Notes under the pieces: model-generated
Databases searched by the model: none
What the model was told of the DNA's origin: nothing
Seen by the model: the letters and a program-made list of their open reading frames with translations, nothing else
NCBI GenBank assembly: GCA_964016885.1
Contig: OZ024742.1
Coordinates: 196,540,001-196,604,000, forward strand
Direction: 5' to 3'
DNA: 64,000 bases
Origin: Eledone cirrhosa
Taxonomy: Eukaryota
In this document: in pieces, positions 1 through 13,284 of the stretch
How the letters are laid out: every line of letters begins with the position of its first letter
Numbering within the stretch: the first letter of the stretch is position 1
Made by a program: the position numbers and the translations under genes

Positions 1-122
1 GGACTGAGTTCAAATCCCGCCGAGGTTAACTTTGCCTTTCATCCTTACGGGGTCGATAAAATAAAGAACCAGTAATACACTGGAATAATTGCTGGCCTTG
101 TGCCAAAAGTAGAAACAGTTAT
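1..122 (+). mobile_element. Nin/Deu-domain SINE, 3' part
   Basis: B-box-like GAGTTCAAATCC followed by TTTGCCTTTCATCCTTACGGGGTCGATAAAATAAAG (Nin-domain-like) and tail GGCCTTGTGCCAAAAGTAGAAAC; related copies at ~52702-52845 (-) and ~53835-53938 (+). Confidence 0.7.
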
Positions 123-869
123 TGCTGTTTACGCAGTTGTTTTCATATATATATATATATATAACGAAGGAAATGTGGTAAGGAACCAGGTGGACCATAA
201 CGCACCAAAGTACTCAATACTTGAGGTAGTAGAGTGGGTAATAGGAACCAGTAAGACCCCGACAGCTGAGCTCAAGCCGTTTCGACGGCTAATTCTGGAC
301 GATATGTATATATATATATATATATATAATGTATATATATATATATATACATTACTGACCAATTTTCATCAGCAGGATGTTATTGATGTCTGATGAATTT
401 GGGCTTTATATTAATATTTGATGATGCGGTAATACAGATGCTTAAGCGAAGATTTTATCAGAGGTTAAGCTTAACTTAAGGAGATAATCTATTTTAGTGT
501 GTTACTAGTTAGTCTATGTCTTTTACCTTCTATATAGTGTAGTGTCAGTTAATGTATGTCTTTATGACTGCAGCTGTTACAAGGAAAAACACATTATTCC
601 TGAGATTCTGTGTTAATGTTGCAAATACGACATCAGCAACCTTGCAACAATTCAATATATATATATATATATACAGATCAGAGCAAACAGCACGGACACT
701 CTATCTCAAAATTATTTTTGAAAAGCATTTAGAAATGCGCAACCGGTAAAAACTTAAAAACTTAAAACCACAACTGAATACTAACCCATACAATCACTAA
801 TACTCTTTTATTCCTAATTAAACCATTTTTCAACTGTGAACAATTTGTCAGCATTTTCTATTCCGTTTA

Positions 870-927
<58 letters not shown>

Positions 928-943
928 CATACACACATGCACG

Positions 944-985
<42 letters not shown>

Positions 986-1025
986 AATATATATATATAT
1001 ATATATATATACTGTATATATATAT

Positions 1026-1188
1026 CATCATCCTCATCATCATCATCATCATCATCATTTAACGTCCATTATTCCATGCTAGCATGGGTTAGATCGGTTG
1101 TCCCATTAGAGGCAAGTTGGGTCAGATGACCGTGTCTTGCTCATGTATGACTGTTTCTGACTAGATTTCTATGGCTGGATGCCTTTCT
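1026..1188 (-). mobile_element. Truncated SINE or RTE 3' end with (GAT)n tail
   Basis: Minus strand has GGCATCCAGCCATAGAAA module, ACCCATGCTAGCATGGAATAATGGACGTTAAA and (GAT)n, like other copies in the window. Confidence 0.65.
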
Positions 1189-1370
1189 TATATATATGTG
1201 ACAAGTTACTGGTTAAGACCAGTCAGACTATTATTCAATTTAGTATTCTATCTATACTTACAAGACGTAGAGTAAAATATTACAAGGATTTTCTGCTTTA
1301 TGGTTAAACTTTTACCATTTCAATTGCAAATTTTTCATTTGCTATTGAAACATTAAGAGCATACCAGTAG

Positions 1371-1472
<102 letters not shown>

Positions 1473-2827
1473 TGCTTGTGTCTGTATTTATGCCCTTTAA
1501 TATATATATATATACATATATATGTGTGTGTGTTTGCGTCTGTATGTGTAGGTATCCTTCCCACCAAAGCCCCTAGCCCACACTGTTAGGTGGTCGTGTA
1601 GATGTCATGAAAAAAAAGCACCCAATACTCATTGTATATGTGGTTGGTGTTAGGGAGTGCATCCATCAGTAGGAACGTAGCCAAAATCGGTTCTCTATGA
1701 GCAAGACATGATCATTTGACCCCGACTTGACTCAAATAGAACAACTCTTTCCATGATGATTATCATATATATATATATATATTTATGTTTATGTGACTGT
1801 CTGCCCATAAACTGTGGGCTTCTGTAGTTTCTGTTAACAAGTTCCACTCACAAGACAGTACTCAATAGGATGCCATAGTAGAAGACACATACCCAAAATT
1901 CCACACAGTGGGACAAAACCCAGAACCATGAGGCTGTAAAGCAAACTCCTTTACCACATAGACATGCCTACACTTCATGCATTGCTTGATATGAGACAGT
2001 TTTTTGCAATGCATTGCATGGCTGGCCAAAGGCAAATCCCAAGCAGGACTAAAACGCCACGTCAGTGATACTCATGCTTAAGTATCAAGATGACATTACT
2101 CAAAATCGAGTTGCAGCCATCATCATCATCATCATCATATATATATATATATATATATAGTATTAAGGATACTATTTATGGTTATGTATATGCTAAAACC
2201 TTTTATGGTTATATATATTTTAAACCTTAAATAGTGAAAGACAGTAATTTATTACTACCTTATTACCAGTAAGATAAATAGCTCAATGTAATAACATCAG
2301 TTGTTCTACAGAACAGTTATATAGAAATTACATGAAATCTCTATATTACGTTTCCTGGATTGTGAAAATGGTGGTGTATACGAAAACCATAACATTGTTT
2401 TACTTCTCATTTTTAATATTTTTAATATTTCTCTACACACAAGCTTCTATATCATACATATAAAAAAATACTTTACCAATACAACCCCCATAATACTCTT
2501 GATTGCCCGCTTAAAGTGCTTGTATTACATATAACACCCTGCCGCACTATAACCTTATATAAATAAAACACACGTGCATGCCCCACGTGTAACTATTGCA
2601 TACACTAACTACTTCAAACTATCCTCTTGCTTTATCTTCGTAAACTGCCAATGTTGTATTTTAACTTTAATTTTGTTTTCTTTAATATGACTTTAATCTT
2701 TGAATGTAAATTGCCATGCTAAAATATTATAATGGATGTCAACCCACTGTGCATCAATATATACATATGTTTCTGTATGTCTCTTGTGTTGAAAAGGAGG
2801 TCATGTATGTAAACAATCATTGAAAAA

Positions 2828-2876
2828 TTGCTCCGAAGACACCAAACCTCGGTTTGGAAGAAACAATTGTAAGCGA
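2828..2876 (+). ncRNA. Degenerate minimal type I hammerhead ribozyme
   Basis: ttgct-CCGAAGA-ca-ccaaacc tc ggtttgg-aa-GAAA-caattg(palindrome)-TA-agcga; core has C where U4 is expected. Confidence 0.6.
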
Positions 2877-2971
2877 ATAAATGGTTTAAACAGAACTTTG
2901 ATTCATGTAATTTCTATATATATATATATACATATTAGTATTGGTGCTCTGAAATAGTGATGTATACATGA

Positions 2972-3279
2972 ATGTATGTATAGTATATTTGGCAATATAC
3001 TGTATGTTTAATTAAAAACATTTTGAAGACTATTTACCATGAGTTTTAAAGTAGTGACAATGTCACTTACTTATTCTCGGCAAAAGCAAGAGAGTGATAA
3101 ACGCTAACGAGCGAGAAACAGGACTGTTGATCACTCTCTTTTGTTTTTGCCAAGAATAAGTTTGTTTTTACCAAGAATAAGTAAGTGACATAGTCACTAC
3201 TTTAAAACTCATAGCGAATGGTTTTCAAAACGTTTTTAATTAAACATACAGTGTATTGCCAAATATACTATACATGCAT
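2972..3279. mobile_element. Fold-back MITE (long imperfect inverted repeat, ~130-bp arms)
   Basis: ATGTATGTATAGTATATTTGGCAATATACTGTATGTTTAATTAAAAAC... is the reverse complement of ...GTTTTTAATTAAACATACAGTGTATTGCCAAATATACTATACATGCAT. Confidence 0.8.
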
Positions 3280-4451
3280 CCCAAAACTGTAATAATAGGA
3301 ATCGGGTTGACTACCCTCTATCCGGGAAATGCCTCTCCAGTAACATTGTCTACAAATGTAAGGTCGAAACGCCCACCACCCGTAGGGCCTACATAAGGCT
3401 AACCGCCAATAGATTCAAACAGCGTTTTTACATGCACACCCATTCTTTTCTTAACCCTTTAAGAAGGAATATGATGTCTCTTTCAGCTTATATCTGGAGT
3501 CTAAAAGACAACCACACCCAATATAGGTTACATTGGGAGATCCTAGCTAAGGTTAGATTGTATAACGGAAATAAAAGATCATGCGATCTTTGCGCCGCTG
3601 AAGCTCTGGAAATACTCTACGCCAATGACCACATCTTATACAAAAAATCTGAAGCAATTTCGGCTTGTAAACATAAATTGCATAAAACTTTCCTGTATTA
3701 CAGCCCCACATTATCCCCTAACGGATAGTACGATCTATACGCGGATAATTTACGTCTTGATGTGGTAGCTAAGTATATTTTATGTTTATACCATTAGTTA
3801 TTTGTATAGGTAAGTATACCTTACCCGTATGTTTTGTGAAGGTACATATACTTTCTCGTACGTATATTTGTTTGTATTTTTTATAGGTGTATATATTATA
3901 TTATATATACTGGTACATGTGTATATGGTTATGTGTATATGTGTATTTTGTGTTTGTGTGTGTATTCGTGTTTGCACGTATGTAAGGTGTGTATATGTGT
4001 ACTTTGTGTTTTTGGTTGACGTACGTTTAGTGAACATATGTGTATTTACCTGTAGGTATGTGTGTGTGTGCGTTATTTACGTATTTATGTGTGTATATTT
4101 ATATACGTTTATATAATTATATGTATACACACATGCGTGGATGCGTGTATGTATATATTTAATTATTGTTGATTTCAATAACCTCTGTCATTTTCGTTCT
4201 ACTAATTTATTTACATTATTCTTAACTTTGAAGCCGAGAATCATTCGGTTTCGTAAATAGATTATTAGTCTACGACTTCATTTATACCATAAACGTGGTT
4301 TTGTCTTTGCGTGTAATTGTTATCATCGAACCACATAATGACGTATCATCTTCGCTTTTTTCCGTTCATTGCCAGGGAACGTCTCCACGAACCAAAGTAT
4401 CGTCTTCCTGTTTTTCGAAATATTTACTTCTGCGTACACAGATTGATTTTT

Positions 4452-4506
4452 TTTTGTTTCAGAAGATCCCGTTAAGGGTGAAAGCAGCGATTCTTTGCTT
4501 AAATTT
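4452..4506 (+). ncRNA. Hammerhead-like motif with variant CAGAAGA core in PLE terminus
   Basis: ttt-CAGAAGA-tccc gttaa gggt-GAAA-gca..tgc-TT-aaa; second copy near 16240-16292 has the same core. Confidence 0.4.
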
Positions 4507-4653
4507 AATCTGTTATTTTAATAAATATTTGCTCTAGGGTTCTTCTATATTTGATATATTTTTCCTTATCGAGCCCTCTTTGGATTTTAGTCTATTTTAT
4601 TATTATTACTATTTGGCTCCCTCGGTTGAGCACTCTATTGACTTATATTCATC

Positions 4654-6732
4654 ATGCAGAAAGAACATCTGAATATTTCTACAAAGAACATACCCGTACC
4701 AAGCAGGAATACATACCTAAAACTCCCGATACAGAAAACGGACTCGTTCCTTAAAAGGTTACGTTGGCGTGCCTTTTATTTCGATAATCAGGAAAAAGCG
4801 GACAATAAACAGGTTAAATTTGGGTTTAAAACTTATAATAACCCTCCGAATAACCCAGCATTTCTACCCTTCGAAACCGATGTCTTGGAACTCATACGTA
4901 GTATCAAATTTTGGAATAGGAGTAATTCCTTCCAGCAGGACCTGAAGAATAGAATTCGATCTATTAAGGATTCTACTGCCGTGCACGTCCACTCCGACAA
5001 AACTGGAAATCTATATCAAGTGGAGCGCAGTACTTACCATCAACTGCTACATAATGCTGTAACTAAGGATTACCGGAAAACTAATCGGAGTGTTATTAGT
5101 GACATCAACGATGCTGGGTTTAAAATCACCTCTGAACTCAATATCCAGGACCGGACTGAACCTCTGGACCCTATTTAACCCCACTTTACCCGAAGGATCA
5201 CAAACCCAATTTCGCCAACACCACTCTATTCGGTTTATTAACCCTACGAAGTCCGATTTAGGTAGACTTAGTAAAAGGATTTTAGATAGAATTATACCTG
5301 AAATTAGAAGCTTGGCTCCTCTTGCACAGTGGAACAATTCTTTCGCGGTGATTGATTGGTTCAATGGCATTTGCAACAAGGAATATTGCCGTTTTATCCA
5401 ATTCGACATCAATAACTACTACTCCTCCATCAATTTACCACTTCTTCTTAGAGCTATCAATTTCGCCAAAATACTCACGGTGGTTAAGGATTTCGAAGTT
5501 GATGTCATCCTCAATGCCCGTAATTCGGTGACTAATTTCGACGACTCTATTTGGATTAAAAATTCTAATAGTACCCCATTCGACGTGAGTATGGGCGCCA
5601 GCAATTCGGCGGAGGTTACTGATCATATCGGCCTTTTCTTTCTTTTCTCTATCAAGGAAGAATTCCCCAATGTGGGCGGTGGTTTGTACCGTGATGACGG
5701 TCTTTTGACTATGCCAAAGTGCGGTCCACGCGCTTGTGACAGGTTCAGAAAAGAACTCACAGCCTTCTTTAAAGGCTTCAACCTCACCATACAGGTTGAG
5801 GCCAACTTCTCGGTCGTTAATTACCTCGACGTTACCCTCAATTTATCGAATGGCTTGCACTACCCGTATAGAAAGCCGAATGATACGCTTAATTACATAA
5901 GTAAGCACTCTAACCATCCTGCCATTATAACCAAAAACCTGGTAAGAGACGTTTCTTTGAGGCTTTCTCGTCTATCTACAAACTAGCATATTTTCACCGA
6001 CCATTCCACATATTACAATGAAGCTCTTGCTCGGAGTGGATTTGTCGATAAGGTAGGATATACTAAATATGAGCATAGACCAACGAAAATAGATCCCTAC
6101 ACATTATATGGTATAGCCCACCATATAATATGGAGGTGGCCACACCATTAGCTAAGATCTTTCTCTCCCTAATTAAGAAGCATTTCCCTTCAGCACATAA
6201 ATATAATAAAATGTTTAATAGAAATACCATTAAAATATCTTACTCTACGATCCCTAACCTTGCACATAACATCACTGCTTCAAATTTAGCTAAATTACCT
6301 AGCCATAGGAACACGTGCAACCCTGTAGCTAGTACTAACTGTAATTGTAGGAATCGGATTGACTGTCCTCTATCCGGGAAATGCCTCTCCAGTAACATTG
6401 TCTACAAATGTAAGGTCGAAACGCCCACGCCCCGTAGGGCCTACATAAGGCTAACCGCCAATAGATTCAAACAGCGTCTTTACATGCACACCCATTCTTT
6501 TCTTAACCCTTTAAGAAGGAATATGATGTCTCTTTCAGCTTATATCTGGAGTCTAAAAGACAACCACACCCAATATAGGTTACATTGGGAGATCCTAGCT
6601 AAGGTTAGATTGTATAACGGAAATAAAAGATCATGCGATCTTTGCGCCGCTGAAGCCCTGGAAATACTCTACGCCAATGACCACATCTTATACAAAAAAT
6701 CTGAAGCAATTTCGGCTTGTAAACATAAATAG
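4654..6732 (+). pseudogene. PLE polyprotein: reverse transcriptase plus GIY-YIG endonuclease, disrupted
   Basis: ORFs 4654-5178, 5090-5986, 6130-6732: SDKTGNLY, FIQFDINNYYSSI, MGAS, GLYRDDGL, NYLDVTLNL, YRKPN, SNHP, CNCRNRIDCPLSGKC, IVYK..AYIR, CDLC. Confidence 0.9.
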
Positions 6733-7539
6733 CATAAAACTTTCCTGTATTACAGCCCCACATTATACCCTAACGGATAGTACGAACACTACGCGGATAA
6801 TTTACGTCTTGATGTGGTAGCTAAGTATATTTTATGTTTATACCATTACTTATTTGTATAGGTAAGTATACCTTACCCGTATGTTTTGTGAAGGATCGTA
6901 TACTTTCTCGTACGTATATTTGCTTTTATTTGTTATAGGTGCATATATTATATTATATATACTGGTACATGTGTATATGGTTATGTGTATATGTGTATTT
7001 TGTGTTTGTGTGTGTATGCGTGTTTGCACGTATGTAAGGTGTGTATATGTGTACTTTGTGTTTTGGTTGACGTACGTTTAGTGAACATATGTGTATTTAC
7101 CTGTAGGTATATGTGTGTGTGCGTTATTTACGTATTTATGTGTGTATATTTATATACGTTTATATAATTATATGTATACACACATGCGTGGATGCGTGTA
7201 TGTATATATTTAATTATTGTTGATTACAATAACCTCTGTCATTTTCGTTCTACTAATTTATTTACATTATTCTTAACTTTGAAGCCGAGAATCATTCAGT
7301 TTCCTAAATAGATCATTAGTCTACAACTTCATTTATACCATAAACGTGGTTTTGTCTTTGCGTGTAATTGTTATCATCGAACCACATAATGACATATCAT
7401 CTTCGCTTTTTTCCGTTCATTGCCAGGGAACGTCTCCACGAACCAAAGTATCGTCTTCCTGTTTTCCTTCGGTTGCAACGTTTTTCGAAATATTTACTTC
7501 TGCGTACACAGATTGATTTTTTTAGTTAAGGGTGAAAGG

Positions 7540-7737
7540 AACGATCGACATTCATCAAATTGGACCGAGGAAACAATGTTTCCATTGGTCTTTCCAATTG
7601 CTAATACAATGTATCGGTCGCATCTCTGGGTAGAAGGAGCAACGTGAAATAAAGTGTCTTTCTCAAGGACATAGCGCATCGACCGGTCCGGGAATCGAAC
7701 TCACAACCTCACGATTGCGAATCCAATTCTCTAACCA
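7540..7737 (-). mobile_element. tRNA-derived SINE (same family as 12760-12970)
   Basis: Minus strand: TGGTTAGAG..GTTGTGAGTTCGATTCCC (A/B boxes), TGTCCTTGAGAAAGACACTTT core, tail GGAAACATTGTTTCCTCGGTCC. Confidence 0.8.
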
Positions 7738-8609
7738 CACACACACACATATATATACATATATATATAAGAACTAGAAAATAAGTTCCGACTATGGAAA
7801 CAGAATTTTTAATCAAAAGCTCTGAAAGTAAACTTAGAAAAAAGTAAAGTGCTATTGAGTAGGAGAGAAGATAAGACCCAGATTCCTTCAGGGAAGTTGC
7901 TCTGTTCAATATGTAAAAGGGTGTAGGCATAAACTCCATACGACATACACAATATAAATCTTGGGTACACAAAATATGTAGTGGGATAACGGGTAGACTA
8001 ACAGGAAGGTGGTAGGAGAGGGTGGGGAGTGGGATGGGTGGAGGTCATTGGTTGATAGAAAATAGAATTCATTAAAAGCTAATTCTTTAAAGCTATAATT
8101 TATATTTAGGGTAACAAAGGCAGAAAGAATTCTATAAACAAGTTCAGAATGGGGTGCCACTCAATATTTTTAAGTTTCTCTTAAGTTAACAATGCCTATA
8201 TTTCAGGTGTCTATAAGATCGTTGGGGGTCGGTCATGGTTGATGGATTTAAAGAAAAGGGAAATTCTTTAAAAGCTAATTCTTTAAAGTTCTACTTAGGG
8301 TGACAAAGGCCTAGAGAATTCTATAGACCAGTTCAAAATATTGAGTGTCTATCATACAATTATCTTCTAGTTTCTCTTAAGCTATATTCTAGGTGTCGAC
8401 AGACACATTCACAAACACACACACGAGCCCCCCCCCCCACATACATATATATATATATTTTTTTTTAGTATATGTTGGTTGTATACCAACACCTCATTAT
8501 GCAGATTGGAGCACTCGACGAAGTGCGCAGGTTGGTTTGGTTACTCCGGAGTAATGTAAAATAAAATAAAATAAATAAGTCAAATGTTTAAAATTTGGCT
8601 TCGTTTATT

Positions 8610-8664
8610 ACTGCTATATATATTTCGGTGACAGCCATTTTTGGCTGTGACCTCTTCAGGCAGT
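8610..8664 (-). ncRNA. Type I hammerhead ribozyme, intact core
   Basis: actgc-CTGAAGA-ggtcacagcc aaaaat ggctgtcacc-GAAA-tatata-TA-gcagt. Confidence 0.85.
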
Positions 8665-8726
8665 CCGAATTAGTGTGGTAGAGACGAGTACACATGTTGT
8701 TGAGGTGTATAACTTTGTCAATACTC

Positions 8727-10540
8727 AATTTTTAGCGATGTCCAATACGGACCTAACTCGAGAGGAGGTGAGCATCATACACGCCGCAAGAAAGACCTTA
8801 ATCCGTTTCGATGGAGACCTTTGGACCAGGAGTGATTGGCAAAATAAATTTGACATCACGATGGGCTCCAGTGACTCAGCACAGGTAACGGACCTGGTTG
8901 GGCTCTTCCTGCTGAAGCAGATAAAAGACGAAATCCCCTGCCTGGGCGGCGGATTATATCGTGACGATTCTTTCTTCACAGTATATGACCACAGCACCAA
9001 TATATTAGAGGGAATGAGGAGGCGTATTCGCCATTTCTTTAAGAACCAGGGGCTCAGTATCGAACTAGACCCAAATAGAAAGGTAGTTAACTTCCTAGAC
9101 ACCACCCTAAACCTGAACACCGAACAATACTACCCCTACCACAAGCACAACGAAAAACTCGTGTATGTTAACGTCAAGTCAAACCACCCTAGATCCATAA
9201 CGAAGGCCGTAGTGAAGAGTGTCTCGGACAGGATCACCAGCCTGTCCGCAAGTAAGGAAATCTTCGATAACAACGCGGAATATTACAACGCAGCTCTAAA
9301 TAAGGCGGCACATGGCCAAAATATAACATATAGTCCGAAACGCCGGGATGGGGATGGCCCAACGGACACCCATACCCGCGTTGTCCAGGGGAGGGGGGGG
9401 GGGCGAACCCTAACAATACAGGCAGAACAGAAACAAATAGGCACCATGAGCCCGACACCACACGGGCGTTGGTGACGAGTACGCTTAACCATGAGATGAA
9501 ACCCAATATGAGTAGCAGTCTCAGGGGTGATGCTAACCACCCCAGGCCCGACGACCCCAACCACAGGACACGTGGGGGGTGGGGGCAACGGGGACCACCC
9601 CACGGTAGATCTCCCAGCGCGGGCAACGACTACCTCACAGATTCGGGCCGTGAAGATAGCAAAACGTATAGCGCCCAAAGGGGAAGCAACAATGCGGGAA
9701 CCACCAGCAACCCAACAAATCTCCAACAACTCACGACGCCCCCGACCCACACAAATAGGAGGGGACACAGAAAAATCACGTGGTACAACCCACCCTACTC
9801 AGCGGCCCTAAAGAACAGCTTAGCCCGATCATTCTTTGGAGCACTTGATAAATGCTTCCCGAGGGACAATAGATACCCCAAGATCTTCAACAGACACACT
9901 GTGAAGCTCTCGTATTCCACCACGAGAAATCTGGCCCAACACATAGCTAGCATCAACAGGAGTAGGCTTAAAAACCACACACAACCAGAAGATGGCAATA
10001 CAAGCACTCAGCAGAACCATGTGAAACCCAAACAGACATGGGGACCCCGCACCGTGCCTGGGGGAAGACCGCCACGTAACACCTAACGGAAACCCCAATC
10101 TAGGCACGCAGAGGTCGACCACCCTCTGCAACTGCAGAAACCCCGGATCATGCCCCCTTGGTAATGAATGCCTTAAGAAGAACCTAGTATACGGTTTTAG
10201 GGTTAAAACCCCCAACTCCGAACACCTCTACATAGGAACCACATCAACGAGCTTTAAAGACCGCTGGTATAACCATCGCCATTCCTTCAATAAAGAGGCC
10301 AAAAGGAAAAGTACGGCTCTCTCCGACCTGATCTGGAAGCTTAAGCTGGACAGGACCCCGTACTCTCTGGCCTGGTCCATAATCAGGAAAGTACCACCCG
10401 ATAAAGGGGGATCTTGCATATGCAAACTATGTCTGAAAGAGACCCTCGAGATACTAAGAGGTGGAAGCGGCCTGATAAACCTCAGAACCGACTTCTTCGG
10501 GACATGCAGACACCTCAGGACCTTCCTCAAGATATATGAA
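8727..10540 (+). pseudogene. PLE RT C-terminal half plus GIY-YIG, frameshifted
   Basis: FDITMGSSDSAQVTDLVGL, GLYRDD, NFLDTTLNL, SNHP, ITWYNPPYS, KIFNRHTVKLSYS; from 10127 in another frame CNCRNPGSCPLGNECLKKNLVY..LYIGTT..FKDRWYNH, CKLC. Confidence 0.88.
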
Positions 10541-11924
10541 CAGTAGCAACACAATAAGATGTGAACTCCCCTCAAGCTATAGGGACTTCTCCAGAACATG
10601 TAGACACCTCTCGGCCAAACCTCCCTCAAGCTATATGGGCAGTAACAACACCATAGGTTGGGAACTCCCCTCAAGCCATAGGGACCAACCCAGGCTGAGC
10701 AGACACCATGATAGCCTAGAGATTGATTCTGACACAGCCTTTATAATTTGGCCAACATCTTTATAACACACACACACATTTTACTTTACTTGATTTTTGA
10801 TTTTTCATTTTTGATTTCTCATTATTCATTTGTTATTTGTTTTCTGTTTTCTTCACTTTATCACCTTATATTTATATTTATATTTATATTTATATTTAAG
10901 TTGAGATTGGTTATAACACACACACATTTTATTTGATTATCCTATTTCGCTTTATTCTTTTACCATCTTGTTCCTCCTACCACTTTATCCAACATATTTC
11001 TGACCTTGAGATTGGTTATAGCACACACACATTTTATCTTATTTTATTTGAATCTTCATTTTTATTTTTCACTTTTCATTTTCATTTTTCATTCTCCATT
11101 TTCATTTTTCATTACTTTTTCATTACTTTTTCATTACTTTTTCATTACTTTTTCATTAATTTTTCATTTATTCTTTATTCTCTATTTATTATTTATTTTC
11201 TGTTTTCTTCATTTTATTACCTCTATTTCTTCATATACATGGCAGAACCCCCACCACCAACACCATGGGAGATGGTGGTAGGAGGGATGAAGAAACACAC
11301 ACACAGATACTTCTAAATTGTCAGCAGCAGCAAGACATAAGCTGACCACAACACCAACAACACTACCAAAATAAGGGTAGAGGTCAGATGTACTTAACAA
11401 TAGCAAACACAAACATTACATGGAGCCTCACCCCAGAAAGAATTTCTATAGACTTTGGACTGAGGAATGCTCTCAAAACTGACCAATAGGAAGAGTGACC
11501 TTACAAATCTTTATAACATTTGATGGGTATAACACACACATTTTATTCGATTATTTTATTTTATTTTGTCCTTTTACCATCTTATTCCTTCTACCACTTT
11601 ATCATTTTTTTTAGCTGACTCCAACAACAACACCACTACCAACATAAGAATAGAGGTCAGATGTACCTAACAATAACAAGAACAACAATTACAGATTGGC
11701 TTGCCTCAGAACGAATTTCTATAGACTTTTGACTGAGGAATGTTCTAACAACTGGCCAATGAGAGGAGAAGAGGCTCTTTGACGCTGGATTTCGTTTGTT
11801 TAAATTCATATGATTCCAGTTCCTCAGTGAAATAACAACCCAACCAGGAACTGGGCATACCAGAGTATTGACAAAGTTATACACCTCAACAACATGTGTA
11901 CTCGTCTCTACCACACTAATTCGG

Positions 11925-11979
11925 ACTGCCTGAAGAGGTCACAGCCAAAAATGGCTGTCACTGAAATATATATAGCAGT
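11925..11979 (+). ncRNA. Type I hammerhead ribozyme in PLE 3' terminus
   Basis: actgc-CTGAAGA-ggtcacagcc aaaaat ggctgtcact-GAAA-tatata-TA-gcagt, sense to the PLE ORF. Confidence 0.85.
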
Positions 11980-12035
11980 AATAAACGAAGCCAAATTTTA
12001 AGCATTTGACTTATTTATTTTATTTTATTTTACAC

Positions 12036-12072
<37 letters not shown>

Positions 12073-12073
<1 letters not shown>

Positions 12074-12421
12074 CATCATCATCATCATCATCATCATTTC
12101 ATTTTACGTCCGCTTTTCCCTGCTTGCAAGGTTGGGACAGGAACTGATTCTGGCTTGATTTCTACAGCTGGATGCACTTCCTAATACCAACCTCATTTAC
12201 AGTGAGTGCTGGGTGCTTTTTGCCGTGGCGCCTACACGACCACTTTGGAGTGGAATGATATGGACCCCAGTCCCTATCATCTCATTTCTACAGCTGAGTG
12301 AACTGGAGCAATGTGAAAGAAAGTGTCTTGCTCAAGGCAACAACACATCACCCGGTCTCAGAATTGAACTCACAACCTTTCGATTGCAAGGCCAATGCTC
12401 TAACCACTAAGCCATGTGCCT

Positions 12422-12423
<2 letters not shown>
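12073..12423 (-). mobile_element. Full-length tRNA-derived SINE with RTE-type 3' tail
   Basis: GGAGGCACATGGCTTAGTGGTTAGAGC (A box), GAGTTCAATTC (B box), GGAAGTGCATCCAGCTGTAGAAA module, tail matching the RTE 3' end at 34957-35012, (GAT)n. Confidence 0.85.
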
Positions 12424-12468
<45 letters not shown>

Positions 12469-12625
12469 CATACATATACATATACATATATATATACATA
12501 TATACATATATATATACATATACATACATACACACACATACACATATATACACATATACACACATATATACATATACACATATACATATATACACACATA
12601 TACAGATATACATACATATACATAC

Positions 12626-12672
<47 letters not shown>

Positions 12673-12759
12673 CATATATATATACATATACATATACATA
12701 TACATATATATATATACACACACAAACATTTATATATATACACACACACACAAATATAT

Positions 12760-12969
12760 AACTGGTTAGAGAATTGGATTCACAATGTTAAGGTTGTGAG
12801 TTCGATTCCTGGACCGGGCGATGCGTTATGTCCTTGGGCAAGACACTTTATTTCACGTTGCTCCTTCTACCTGGAGTTGCGACCGATAGATAGTACTAGC
12901 AACTGGAAAGACCAACGGAAACATTGTTTCCTCGGTCCGATTTGACGAAAGTCGATCGAAAGAAAAAAA

Positions 12970-12970
<1 letters not shown>
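12760..12970 (+). mobile_element. tRNA-derived SINE with A-rich tail
   Basis: B box GAGTTCGATTCC, TGTCCTTGGGCAAGACACTTT, distinct tail ending AAAGAAAAAAAA. Confidence 0.8.
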
Positions 12971-13007
<37 letters not shown>

Positions 13008-13070
13008 GCACATACATACACACATACACACACATATACATACACACACACATATATACACACACACATC

Positions 13071-13163
<93 letters not shown>

Positions 13164-13164
13164 C

Positions 13165-13277
<113 letters not shown>

Positions 13278-13284
13278 ATATAAG

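Larger units (their letters stand above)
3285..7535 (+). mobile_element. Penelope-like retroelement (Naiad-like), partial tandem forming pseudo-LTRs
   Basis: ~1.2-kb direct repeats 3285-4460 and 6337-7525 (GIY-YIG C-terminus plus 3' UTR) around an RT ORF, the typical PLE partial-tandem layout. Confidence 0.9.
8555..12034 (+). mobile_element. 5'-truncated Penelope-like element (Naiad-like) with an inverted copy of its 3' end at the 5' side
   Basis: 8555-8726 is the reverse complement of 11863-12034; RT C-terminal half and GIY-YIG lie between. Confidence 0.88.

Noticed and set aside
4225-4280. Antisense hammerhead-like CTAAT(A/G)A..GAAACCGA..TCGG in the PLE repeat
   Set aside because: Core mutated in both copies, no valid UH triplet and no stem I
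12345-12423. Functional tRNA gene
   Set aside because: A and B boxes present but no acceptor or anticodon stem pairing, and it continues into a SINE body
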